NCBI RefSeq assembly: GCF_006345805.1
Contig: NC_042997.1
Coordinates: 58,962,001-59,026,000, forward strand
DNA: 64,000 nucleotides
Source: Octopus sinensis
Taxonomy: Eukaryota
Direction: 5' to 3'
Shown: positions 51,358-63,845 of the stretch, piece after piece
How positions within the stretch are numbered: position 1 is the stretch's first letter
Layout of the letters: each line of letters begins with the position of its first letter
Translations under genes and position numbers: made by a program
Notes under the pieces: model-generated
The model's database searches: none
Told to the model about the DNA's origin: nothing
The model's input: only the letters and a program-made list of their open reading frames with translations

Positions 51358-54300
51358 CATACACACATACACACACATATATGTCAAGCTAAGTAAAATC
51401 ATGGTTGTCCTTGTATACAAGCATGCCCCCTACATCCCTCTTCAGCTGAGTGATCCTAATCTTGTGGGCTCGTGGGTGCTGGTACCACATAAAATGCACC
51501 TGTGCTGGTGCCAGTGCTGCATTAAAGCACCAAGTACAGTCTGTAAAGTGGTTGGCATTAGGAAGGGCATCTAGCTATAGAAATCATGCCAAAACAGACA
51601 TAGAGCTTGGCCAGCTCTTGTCGAACTGTCTACCACATGCCAGCATGGAAAACAGATGTTAAATAATGATGATGGACATTACATTATGCTCTATATATCT
51701 GGCTCTAACTACAGATGTGTTGGATGTAATAAAAAGTTGCATTTAACTGTAAAACTGCTTAATCTGATGACAAAAGTTTCATCAGTCTCTTGTGAGAGCC
51801 ACTACATAGTAGACTCACTCAAAATAGCAGTCAAATCTCCATTAAACTACACCCTACAATCATATAAAATGACACATTGGGTAATATCCAGGAATCTCTA
51901 TTCAAATGGAGAGGAAAATGCTATTATCTTTGACCATAGGTCTGTCTATTCAAGTGCTCTAAGCAATAACAAAGGTTAGGTCTTCCTTTTTTATTTAACA
52001 GTAGTCAAAACTAATAGTCTCTCAACAAAATGAAGTGCATAAAATTATCAGTATATTCTGCTAGTTACTAACACCAGTGCTTTGTCACTCTTGCTCATGA
52101 GTGGTTTATGTGAAGAGAATGATATTTCTTTTACTGCACATATATATGTGAGTGTGTTTACTCATGTATAAGTTGACCCTAATTTAGTGTTAAATTGGAA
52201 GCCCCATAATTTATTTATAGATATCAAATTATTATCCATAGGAAATGGATATCTGTACATATAGCATTGGATACACACACATACATATATATATATATAT
52301 ACACACAGACTTCACACATTCTTACATACACTTCTCTCCTTCTCTCAAAAGTTTTGGGGAGGGTGCTGAATTAATTTCTTTAAAATTACTAGATTTATAT
52401 TTGTAATTAACTGCAATACTTCAGTGTTTTTTCTTAGTTTTATGTATGTGTTATGGTTCTGCTTCTCCATTGTAATACATGTTTTTAAAGATAAATTTTC
52501 ATATAACTTTTCTTAATATATTTTTATATATTGATGCAATTCTGTGAATGTATTTTCTTGATATATTTGACAGACAACTGGTTTGACAGGCCTGCCTGTT
52601 GCTAAACATCCCCATCATGTAAGTATTATTGATTTTGATGAATTCAGTAAATTAATAACAGTGACATAATTTTTCTCCTTGGGTAGCAACTGTTATTTCC
52701 GAGTTGCTTACTCCCAGAAAGTATGGAAAATGGCTAATCTTTCCTTCAAATGGCTAATATTTCCTTTGTTACATTTATTCAAACCCCAAAGAATCCCTCT
52801 CAGCACATGGCTATGATGCTCCTGCAGTACTCCTGCTCATGATCAGAGATGCACATATTGTCAGCCACTAAGGGACATGCTCAAATAGTTATGGTCAAGC
52901 AACTGACAAAGCAAATCTGTAGTATTGAGCAGAATATTTGCTATAACAATATTTCTGCTTGAGCAAAGCTGTGAGCTGGCAGAAACATGAGCATGCCGGA
53001 TGAAATGCTTTGTGATATTTCATCTGTCTTTATGTTCTGAGTTCAAATTCTGATACGGTCAACTTTGCCTTTCATCTTTTCGAGGTCGATAAATTAAGTA
53101 CCAGTTGTGTACTGGGGTCAATCTAATCAACTGGCTCCCTCCCCAAAAATTTCAGGCCTTGTGCCTAGAGTAGAAAAGAATATTTCTGCTTGAGCAACTC
53201 AGCACTGAATCTATCTGAAATGTAATGGAAAATAGGTCAGTTTCAAAACATCGCTGTCCAGATCACAAAAGCAAAGTTTGAAGGGAATAGCAGTCATTTC
53301 CTTTGGTTTCTAAATAGAAGCAAATAGGAAATAACACTTACTGACTAAAGACAAAAACAAATAAAAATAAAAAGTGTAACAGAAATTTTATTTGAAATTG
53401 TACACATCCTCTGAATTAAAGGAGGCTTTTACATTCTCATTCTTTATTTAGACCATATAAATATTACTTAAATTATTATTGAATTGAATATTATTGAAAG
53501 TGGTTTACCACAGACCAATGGTGACTGGATTAATCCCATTTTTTTTTCTATATAATTTTCTAATATTTAAAATCTTTTTTGTGATTGTAAAGTAAATGTT
53601 TTGGTTGTAATTTTGTTCACTTGTCTGTCCTTTGTGTATAGCGATGCCATGACCTTGACCAAAAGTGAGGAACAAAATAAGATAGTTCTCTCCATTTATG
53701 AAAACCAAATTATCATTTGCTGATCGTAATTCATTCACTGGCTGGAAGGTTCAAGTTTTTGCAACTGACAGCAAAGTACTAAGTCTTTGTCTCTAGCTAT
53801 TTATTCTATTTACTTCATCCTAAATTGCTAAAAATTAGTAAGACACTTTTTCTAGCTGAATGGTGGCAATTACCACACCTCAACAGATACCATCATCACT
53901 ACTGCATTGCTTCAGTCACCACTACATCAATCAGCAACCAATGTATAGCTACTGCTATTATCACACTACTACAACCACAACTATATACTTAAAGCCATCA
54001 GTATGTGAATGTGTGAAGAAATTTAGTCATTATTTTCTCCCCATACCTGTTCTGCCACCAATAATGAAATAAGAACCTATTACTTTTCTGCCAGGAAACT
54101 AACACTGTATCCATAAAGTAATTCTTTTTCAAATGAGTTAACTACTGAAAAAGATGATAATGATGAGGATTTCTGATATTGGTATAAGGACCCAGCAATA
54201 ATAATGGTTTCAGTGGAGCAGCAGTTTGGGCATGGAACTATATTAAAAAAAAAAATATGTAAATTGATCAACCAAACTTACCTGAGTTACAATTCTCATT

Positions 54301-57300
54301 ACAATGTTCTCTCCCAGAAGTATCAGTTACAAGTCAATACAAGTTGAAGCTCCTCTGCCACTTCAACTAAAAATACATTTAAATTTACTGAGGCAATTAC
54401 AGGAACAATGTTTATAATAAATGCTTTTTCTTCTAAGAGTTTGCGGCACTATAATGAAAATAAGGGTAATATTTCATGTGTGTAATAATAATAATTATAA
54501 TAATGCTAGTTTTTAAATTTGTTATGTAAGGTAAGCCTTTCCTCTCTACATTTTCCTCATTGTTTTTCTCTCAAACTTTTCTCTTGTTCTTTGTACAGAC
54601 CCTAAAAATTCTCTATGAGAAAATTCTACGCACCTTGGCAAAGATGCCTGAAGATGCTACCTATCGGAAAAACACACAAATGATTGTCCAAGAACGGTTA
54701 TCATTAGTAAATTCAGTGAGTTATTTTTTGGTTATGGCATTGTTTAATCTCTAGAAATATGGTAATCTTCATCAAAATGAATATTATCATCATAAAACAC
54801 TCTCAGATAAATTTAAAATCCATTTTCTTTCTAATCCCAAACTATCTAATAAATCAAATGGTAATAAACTATGTAATAAATCAGATTAATCTGTCACATA
54901 AATTACAATGCTAAATCAGTCCTACTTGCCCACCTATGCTACAATAACACCTTGATGTATAAAACATCGATATAAAACGTGTATGGACTGTAGACTTGAT
55001 GGAAAATACTGCTACAGGTTGTATCATTATGTGTACTTATACCATCCAACTCACTCCAGCATAACGTTGCCAGACTATTACTTAATTCTTCACAGTATGT
55101 TTAGGCAATTGCACTTCTTATACAGAATGCTGATTGCCATCTTACACCCCTATATCTTCATGTACCCTAGACTGACAAACAATATTCCATATAAGCTTAC
55201 AATAAACAAAAGCTCTATAAGGTTGCAGTGTAGTCCCTAACCAGACTAAAGCATAGTATGTGTCACTCACAGTCATTCAATTTACTGTTTCTGAGAATGT
55301 CTGTGGTACAGCTGTACTGAAGCACACTATCATCATTGGTGGGATTTTTTTTTTGTCGGGGAGCAGAGTAATCTGTTGTTTATTATTAGGCATCCAGCTG
55401 TAAAAGCGTACCAAATCTGACCTCGCCTGTGCTAGTGTCACATAAAAAGCACTCAACTCACTCTGCAGGATGGTTGGTGTTAGGAAGGGCATCCAGCCAT
55501 AAAATCTATGCTAAAACAGTATGGTGCAGGCTTCTGCCTGGTCAACTCTTGTCAAACCATCCAACCCATGCCAGCATGGAAGGAGGACGTTAAATGATGA
55601 TGATTATCAACCCACATATTGATGCTTTACTTGCATTTAATGCTGCTAGTCATTTAAGCTTAAGGGTGGCATCAATCTGTAAATCAGCTACTTTAGAATA
55701 ACATATTCATGTTGAAATTTACAAACCTGTCCAGCCTTGAAATCATAGAAAAAAGTAAAGCAAAGTAAACCAATATAGATTTAAAAAATACAGAATTTTC
55801 AATAGTTATTGAAGTGCATAGATAGTTAGAACTGGTTGATTAAAATTATCAACATCTGACTATCATTATTGATTCTTATAGTTTTTATATACTATCTTCC
55901 TTGGCTCCAGCCTTCTAAATGTCTTTATTGTAAAATAGTATGTTACTGGTGCTCTATAATTATTGTAAATTCTTTAAATGTGTTTGTGAATTCTATTTTA
56001 GGAACCTGATGTTACCAAACTGGAAAATATTGTCAAGGCTGGCCAAGTTGAAGAAATCATACTCCAGGTCAGTGAAACATCCATGAATTTCCACATCTTT
56101 ATTATCTTCACCTGTATACATTATATCATAAATCTGAATATATTTAACTAATAGTTTCCAGATGAATGAACACATGGCCAAATGGTCAAGATGAGTTTGC
56201 AGTCATGAGGACTAGGGTTCAACAGCCTCTTGGTCAAAAGTCATATTCCATACCTTTGGGTCAACCTAAGCATTGTGAATGAGAGTGGGTAGATGGAAAC
56301 TGTGCTGAAGCCCTTCATGTACCTGTAATTCAAAGATCCATACTGCATCTTGCTGGTTCTGCTTGAGGATGTTATTAAGGGTACACATTTCTGTGTACCA
56401 CTTACATACTTATTAAATGAGCTGGCAATTGATGTAATAACTGAATTTTTATTGCTGAAATTGACACAGATCCATTTACTTACCTTTTTATTAATACAGT
56501 TAGATTGAGAATGGTGAACACTATTGAAAACCAAAATGTATGCTTTACTGTAACTATTTTGATACCTCAATGTTCTTTGTCCAAATCCTGCAAAATCGAA
56601 ACATGAAGAATTCATATCATCATCATCGTTTAACGTCTGCTTTCCATGCTGGCATGGGTTGGATGGTTTGACTGAGGGCAGGCAAGCCAGAAGGCTGCAC
56701 CAGGCTCCAGTCCGATCTGGCAATGTTTCTACAGCTGGATGCCCTTCCTAATGCCAACCACTCCGAGAATATAGTGGGTGCTTTTTATGTGCCACTGGCA
56801 TGAGGGCCAGTCAGGTGGTACTGGCATCGACCATGCTCAAATGGTGCTTTTTACATGCCACCAGTACAGGGACCAGTCAGACAGCACTGGCAATGACCAC
56901 AATCAAATGGGGCTTTTTCAATGCCACCAGCAAGGGTGTCAATCAGGCGGTACTGTCATCGGCCATAACAATGACATCACTTGCCTCAACAGGTCTTTGC
57001 AAGTGCGATTTATTGCCCAATAATTGAAGGGTGCTCTTAAACAGGCTAGTTATGCTGTACTAGCATAGGCCACAGTTACGGACTCACTTTGCTTGCCAGG
57101 TCTTCGCAAGCACAGCATATCTCCAGAGGTCTCGGTCACTTTCTTTGGTCTACCTCTTCCACAGGTTCCCTCTACTGCTAAGGTGTGACCCAGCTGTCCT
57201 CACCCATGCGCAACACATCACCATACCAGCACAGTCATCTCTCTGACACACCACATCTGATGCTTCTTATGTCCAACTTTTCTCTCAAGACGTTTACACT

Positions 57301-59880
57301 GTCGTGTATGCACACTAACATTACACATCCAGCGGCGCATACTAACTTCATTCCTTGCAAGCTTACGCATCTCCTCAGTAGTCACAGCCCATGTTTCACT
57401 GCCATGTAGCATGGTTGTTTGCACACATGCATCATACAGTCTACCTTTTACTCTGAGTGAGAGACTCTTTGTCACCAGCAGAGGTAGGAGCTCTCTGAAC
57501 TTTGCCCAAGCTATTCTTATTCTAGCAGCTACACTCTGGGAGCAACCACCTCCACTACTGACTTGGTCACCTCAGTAACGGAAGCTATCAACTACTTTTA
57601 GTTTTTCCTCCTAGAATGTGACGGAGGCTGTTTTCAGTGTTCATTGCCCCTGAGCATTTGCCACACCCAAAATCTATCTTCCCAGTTAGCCTTCTTTTGA
57701 TATTGCTGCACCTCTTATGTGTCCATAGCTTACACCAGGTACACCTTATGGAGTTTCTACCTACGCCTTTTCTACAGATCAAGCAGGGCCATCTACCTGA
57801 AGGGATTTGTGGCTTGTCTGCCTTCCTACTTATTAAGACTTTGATTTTTACTAGATTGACTCTAAGGCCCTTTGATTCTAGACCTTGCTTCCACACCTGA
57901 AACTTCTCCTCTAGTTTTGATAGTGACTCAGCATAGAGAAGCTCCCAGGAGTATCCTGTCTTGAATTCCTGTTATTGCCTGAACAACTATGAATAAGAGG
58001 GGGCTGAGGATTGATCCTTGGTAGACCCCTACTCCTACCCAGAATTCTTCACTGTACTTGTTGCCATCCCTCACCTTGTACATGGCTTGTACAGCTCTCA
58101 TTAATATTTCTGCATTGACCACCAGATAAGGGATTGGGGGGACCCTGTCAAAGGCTTTCACCATGTCAACGAAAGCCAGGTACAGAGGTTTATCTTTGGC
58201 TAGGTATTTCTCCTACAGCTGTCTTACCAGAAATATAGCATCAGTGGTGCTTTTCCCTGGTACAAACCCAAACTGCATCTCGTCTAGACTGACTCTCTCC
58301 CTAATTATTCTAACTACCTCGATTACCTTATCAACCCATTTCTCTGCAAGAAGTATACCCATGCTCCCGACCCCATCAGTATTCCCTGCCCAGAAAATTT
58401 TATGCCTATGTTCTTTGCCTGTGAGGAACCTAGCAGAACTTCCTCTCCACCTTACTTCTTGGATGCTGCACAAATCTACACGTCTCCATTCAATCATCTC
58501 CACAATCTCACAGATCTACCTTTCAGTGTGCCAGCCCTGAGGGTGTGGGCCCATGAGATCCTGGGATAATAACAGCAGTGTCATGTACCTGTAAAGAAAG
58601 CTCGCATTTGGCAGGACTCATAAATACAATAGCCTTTCAACTTGCATACACTACACCATCATTTTTCATGCCCTACATAATCACTACATATATCTTCTGC
58701 TGTTGTTTGAGCTTCTGGAAGAACTCTTTATTTTACATTGCTTCAGTTCATCAGTCTGATAGAAACTGAAAGCAAATAATTTGAGAATAATACCAAAAGT
58801 AAATACCTAAGTAAGGTATTATAATATGAATCCCCCAGGAAAAAAAATCTTTCTCGAAAGTCTCTCCATTACCTAAAATGTTATGAGCCACATTCTAAAT
58901 TTTTATTGAAAAGACAAATAGAGCCATCAAGAAAGCCTCTTCATAAATTATGCAATAAGCTAGTTATATACCTGCTTATTTCATATACAGATGTCACATA
59001 AATATTGAATGCCTGATTAATTATAATTAGTGATATCTGTCAAAAAGCAATTGGAACTATTAATTTCACTTCATGACTTTGAAATAAACTTCCTGACCAC
59101 TTGACCAAAAGAAGAGGAGAAAAATATGAGCCAAAATTACTTGACATTGTTTCTATATATTTAGTTGATAATTACTTCTGAAATATTTTAGTTTCTCTGT
59201 TCAAAGGCTACATTCCAAAAAGAAGATTTATACAGCTAAACTTACTACTCAATAACATATAGTTATAAAAATTCTAACAAAATTTTTTTTTAAATTAGCC
59301 CTTTGGCATTTAAACTGGCCATATCTGGCCCAAATATTCAACCAGTTTTATGTTCAAACTGACTAGATCCAGCCTCTCACACCTATGCTACAATGTCATT
59401 CTACAAATAAACAAGTACATCATCAAAAGCTCTGAGGTAATGCATGATTAATTCAAAACAGTGTGAATAAATATTTGATAAAGTAATCTGAATGCTACAG
59501 GCAGTTTCAAGTAAGCCCTTTACTGTAAACAGTAGTTACAAGTGTAGGTAAAAATATTTATGGAAGTGCTTCTAAAATTTGCAATTAGTTACAAAGACAG
59601 GTATTAAATAATACTAAATCAACAAAAATATATCCTAGCGTAATGATTTTCCCTCAAACATTGTACTTTTTGTAGAAGGTTGCACTTTTTGTAGAAGGTT
59701 GCACATTCTCCACCTTTGTTCCAAACCATTTATAACTTTCTGTGTTACTTCATAATTATCACTTCACTTTTTTGTCAGGCTCATCGAGAATTATCTTTAT
59801 CCAGAAAGATGTTGGAATGGCGACCTTGGGAACCCTTAATTGGTGAAGCACCTCCAAATCAATGGAAATGGCCTATATAA
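49794..59880 (+). CDS. NDUFA5: NADH dehydrogenase [ubiquinone] 1 alpha subcomplex subunit 5; join(49794..49814,52574..52618,54599..54715,56002..56067,59779..59880), 116 aa
   Basis: Spliced translation [116 protein letters not shown]. It matches the NDUFA5 family as I know it (N-terminal TTGLxGL, YRKxT, GQxEExIxQA, C-terminal WEPL..PPxQWKWPI). All four introns are GT..AG. Confidence 0.97.
51476..51673 (+). mobile_element. SINE-like family D copy in NDUFA5 intron 1
   Basis: ggttggcattaggaagggcatc...catgccagcatggaaaacagatgttaaataatgatgatg. Confidence 0.8.
52574..52618 (+). CDS. NDUFA5: NDUFA5 coding exon 2 ([15 protein letters not shown])
   Basis: tttgacag|ACAACTGGT...CATCAT|gtaagt; 45 nt. Confidence 0.93.
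52965..53180 (+). mobile_element. Family B SINE in intron 2, CpG-decayed
   Basis: Same body as 45065 with most CpGs changed to TG or CA. Confidence 0.85.
54599..54715 (+). CDS. NDUFA5: NDUFA5 coding exon 3
   Basis: Long pyrimidine tract, tacag|ACCCTA...AATTCA|gtgagt; 117 nt; lies within ORF 54560..54754. Confidence 0.95.
55428..55604 (+). mobile_element. SINE-like family D copy in intron 3
   Basis: ggttggtgttaggaagggcatccagcc...gtcaaaccatccaacccatgccagcatggaag..gacgttaaatgatgatgat. Confidence 0.82.
56002..56067 (+). CDS. NDUFA5: NDUFA5 coding exon 4
   Basis: ttttag|GAACCTGAT...CTCCAG|gtcagt; 66 nt; [22 protein letters not shown]. Confidence 0.95.
56616..58560 (-). mobile_element. Internally deleted RTE-clade LINE in NDUFA5 intron 4 (antisense)
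   Basis: APE start ([11 protein letters not shown]), [39 protein letters not shown]-like finger, [17 protein letters not shown], 3' UTR with ~60-bp repeats and (GAT)n tail. Confidence 0.93.
59295..59510. mobile_element. Degenerate piggyBac-type MITE
   Basis: ttagccctttggcatt...ctgaatgctacagg: decayed TTAA-CCC...GGG-TTAA structure. Confidence 0.4.
59779..59880 (+). CDS. NDUFA5: NDUFA5 coding exon 5 with stop codon
   Basis: tttttgtcag|GCTCATCGA...TGGCCTATATAA; ends QWKWPI*. Confidence 0.96.
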   Translation, partial: AHRELSLSRKMLEWRPWEPLIGEAPPNQWKWPI

Positions 59881-59978
59881 ATGTATTATCTAAAGGTATT
59901 AGTTAGAAATGTACTTATTTTTAGTTTATATTAAATTATGAGAAACATCTAAAATGAGTGATCAGAAAAATTTTGCTA

Positions 59979-59984
59979 AATAAA
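59979..59984 (+). terminator. Candidate polyadenylation signal of NDUFA5
   Basis: AATAAA ~100 nt after the stop codon, followed by a T-rich tract at 60001-60040. Confidence 0.5.
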
Positions 59985-60585
59985 AATAGAATGGTCTAAA
60001 TGTTTTATTTTCTTTCTTTTTTCTGGCATTATTTTTGGTAAATATCAAAGTAAGTAAAGCTATCAGAAGTGGCTGGGATGGTAATGATAAATGCAACTGT
60101 TAGCTCACATATATATATAAATAAACTATATCATTTTAATACTGGTCAGTGGAAGTAGTAAATTATTTCTTTTACTTTGATAACATAATCCATGCCGGTG
60201 ATATTAGTCATACTAGAGAGGCTAAGGTTAAAAAAAAAGATTTGGAAACCTGGTTATTCCAGTTGACATTAAAGATAAAAGTGTGATTATGTTTATTGAT
60301 GTATCAAAATATTGCATCAAATTGAGAAAAATTAGTTGAATATGGTACTTTGAATAATGTTAACTTCTCTGTCAAAGATACTGGCTGGTCTATGCAGAAG
60401 AAAACATTGTTATGGGCATGTTATGTGAAAATGTGAAATAGTATTGATGAAAATATCTACAATAGAAATAGACATGGAAAGAAATGGTTTGGTTAAACCT
60501 GTCACAGATGGCGACACAAGATTAAGGTTCAAACATAGTTTTTTTTACACCTGCCCAACTCATTAGCATAGCAAAACATATTTAA

Positions 60586-60806
60586 CCCTTTTGTTACTAA
60601 CCTGGCCAAAACCGGCTCTGGTTCAGTAGTACAAATGTCTTGTTTTCATAAGTTTTGAATTCAAATCTTCCACCAAACCTTAGTCACAATTTATGTTCCT
60701 AACACCAGCTTAATGATAACGAAGTTATTTTACTAAATTCTTTGTTATATTTAAAGTAATTGAAAGAAACACAGAGCATCTCAAAATAAATACAGTAACG
60801 AAAGGG
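60586..60806. mobile_element. piggyBac-type MITE
   Basis: TTAA-cccttttgttact ... agtaacgaaaggg-TTAA; 13-bp TIR with one mismatch, TTAA on both sides. Confidence 0.85.
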
Positions 60807-62929
60807 TTAAAAATGATAATTGTCAAGTACTTGCTTTTAGCCTATGAAAGATGTTATAACAGAAAGACTGAATTCATAGGGCTCAGAGAAGCAGAATCTA
60901 TAATAGGCTACCTAGATGTCTGGGTCTGTCAATAACACTGTCTCCTCCATAGCAAAGTTTGTGTGATAAGTGCAGCATGATGACAAACCAATCTGAAGAA
61001 TAAACATCCAATTTGATGAACCTGTAAGCCACTGTGATGTTATCAACATGAGTTGACGCTATTCCTTCAACAGCAATTACAGTAGTACAGTTAAGCTCAA
61101 TAGTAACCCACGCAAAATGAAGTGTAACTAAGAAAAGTAGTCTGGCGCTTATGACATCAGTTGATATGTGCAGGCAAGAAGTTGCAAAGGAAATATAAAT
61201 GAACAATACGTTTTGAATAATATGCAAAATACTTTGGCAACCATAGATCTAGATTGATGTCAGATCTAAGAATAAGATGAGACACAATAACAAGACAGCT
61301 AATTGTATGTTATACTGCAACCCTAAGCAATGAGAAAGAGCAGATTTTAAAATAATGATAATGAGAGTCCAAATGAAGTAAAGGGGAAAATAAAACAGAA
61401 CGCATTTTTTGTTTTGGATCCTTTCAAATTTTTAACAACTTTTATACAGAAACAGTTTCCTTTTAGTTGAAACAAAGGCTCTGGGTTTCAGAGATGGAAT
61501 TTAAGCAAGCTGTGTGATATGTACTTCCTGCAAATCATTTCCCACTCCCACAATTTATATAATTATTCATCTTGCTGTCTGAAGTAATTGAGGGAACATC
61601 TAGAAAAAGCAGATTAATCTTATAAAAGGAAGGGCAATGGATGATGTAGTCCTAAATACACAATGTCTGAAAAAAACTGCAAGGATTAAGGCTAGAATGC
61701 CTTAGATCATTGATCTCCATGATCTGGATCATCATGACCTGGATTTAGACAACAGCAACAATATAGAGTGTTTGCATCAAGTCAAAAAGAGACCTGATTA
61801 AGAAACTTACAAAATTTTTTTTAAATGATGTAACACAAGTCAGCCTTTTTTACAATATATTTTTATTTTTATTGTTTTTACATTGTAATACCATTTTTCT
61901 TTTGTATAAGTCACATCAGCAGTAAGAAAATCATTTCATGATATCTACAAATTGGTACTTGAAAGTCAAATAATAATCTGTATATACAGCTGGCAAAGGC
62001 AAACAAAAATATTTACAGTGGCACCCCTCCCCATCCCACCCCCAAATGTGTACTTCTTGGTTTCAAATTAACAGAACATTTAGCTTCAGTTTTTTAAGAT
62101 CATATGCTATGCAATATTTAAAATTACATATGCAATATTTTGCAGTCTTTACAATTACATATAGCATGTTTTAGATCTCATATTTATTGAACAGCCATTT
62201 GAGCTTTCATTTAGACAGTTCCAAAAACATGAAATTTTTCATCTGAATTGTTAACATTTTACACAACAAAACACTTTCATTGTTGTCATAACTGCATATT
62301 TACTTGTGTTAAAAATTGTAAAAATCAACCTGGAGGTTGATTTATGCAATTTAGTATTATTGTACTGAAGGTAACCAGCAGTACTGATATGCATTTTAGC
62401 CACTGGTATTTTCTAACAATCCTGAAAAATCACTTCAACCAAATGTTCTTGAGCCTTCAATTTTAACAATCATAATTATCTTACAAACACTTTGTCAAAA
62501 AATATCTTTTGTTTATTAATAATTTTTTAATCTCAAATATTGAAATTTAAATGAGTTTTTTTGATAAATAAATAGAATTGCATAAAAAATAATGTTAGGT
62601 TTTGTTATGTTTTAAGGCACAAAGGTTTTTGGATAGCATGAATATCCCATTCATATTGTTGGTTTTAGTTTTAGTTGAGTAAAATGGAATCAAAATGGTT
62701 TAAATTTATCAAAACAAAATATCAAAAAAAATTGACTTGAAAAGATAAATCACAATAATGGAGCATGAAACCTCATTGAGATAGAAAATGAATCTTGAGA
62801 ATTTTTTCTAGGTGTGTTAGCAATGTAAATGAATGAGTTCCAATCAACTATGAAAATACACCAAGAACATGTACCCTACTCTCCTACAATGCTCACTTTC
62901 CACATAATAATAGCAATAGTAATAGAGGT

Positions 62930-63128
62930 TTCAAATTCTGGCAATTTCAGGGAGGGTTTAAGTCAATTATCATTGACCCCAGTACTCAACTGATACTTAT
63001 TTTATCAACTCTGAGAGGATGGAAGGCAAAGTCAACCTCGGCGGCATTTGAACTGGGAACATACAGACAGATGAAATGCCACTAAGCATTTTGGTCAGCA
63101 TGCTAACAATTCAGCCAGCTCATTCTAC
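62930..63128 (-). mobile_element. Family B SINE, CpG-decayed
   Basis: ggaaggcaaagtcaacctcggcggcatttgaactg...ctaagcattttggtcagcatgctaac. Confidence 0.8.
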
Positions 63129-63763
63129 CTTAATGGTAATATTAATAATAATAGTTTTCTAAATATTTATAAAGTTTTGGAGGATCTTGTAACATTATAA
63201 AAATATAAATCATATACAAGTTAAGCTGATCATTATATTGTATGGACTACAAATACACTAGATATTTAGATATCACATTGTAAACATCATTAAACACCTA
63301 ATTTCCTGAAAATTAATATTAAGAAAGAAAAGAAATACATGAAATTTTTGTTGTTGTTTGCGTTTTTTTTCTCTCAAACCTTATCTATGAATGTAATCAA
63401 GTTGTATATATCACTGCAAAAGAAATATAAAATGGTATGATACCATATTGAGAATGTTTAGCTTTTTTTTAATATCAGTGTTAATTTCAAAATATAAATA
63501 TCTTTCATTGAGATTTGATAAAATTAAAAATAATGAAAACAGGTTAATATTTTTTAATTAATACTTATTTGGTAATACTTTATATGGAAGGTAAAACCCA
63601 TAGCCATTAATTGCCAAATTCTTTAGATTTGTGAAGAATTTCACCCAAAATAGCAGTTTTCAAAATAAAGCCGGTGAAATATTTTTAAAGTAGTTATTAA
63701 ATAATCTATAATAGAAACTGTATCACAGAGCTTCAAACTCATGTGTGTTTATGTGTATGTATA

Positions 63764-63845
63764 CATATATGCATGCATATATATGTCACATATATGCATG
63801 CATATATATGTCACATATGCATGCATATATGTGTCACATATATGC
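63764..63845. repeat. ~25-bp tandem repeat x3 containing the palindrome atatatgcatgcatatat
   Basis: Units start at 63764, 63789 and 63814. Confidence 0.8.

Noticed and set aside
50944-51396. 150-aa ORF in intron 1
   Set aside because: Starts at a non-ATG codon, has no recognisable motif, and ends in a microsatellite; the core looks like an unclassified repeat.
59668-59705. 21-bp tandem duplication upstream of the exon 5 acceptor
   Set aside because: A two-copy slippage event outside the polypyrimidine tract, with no evidence of function.
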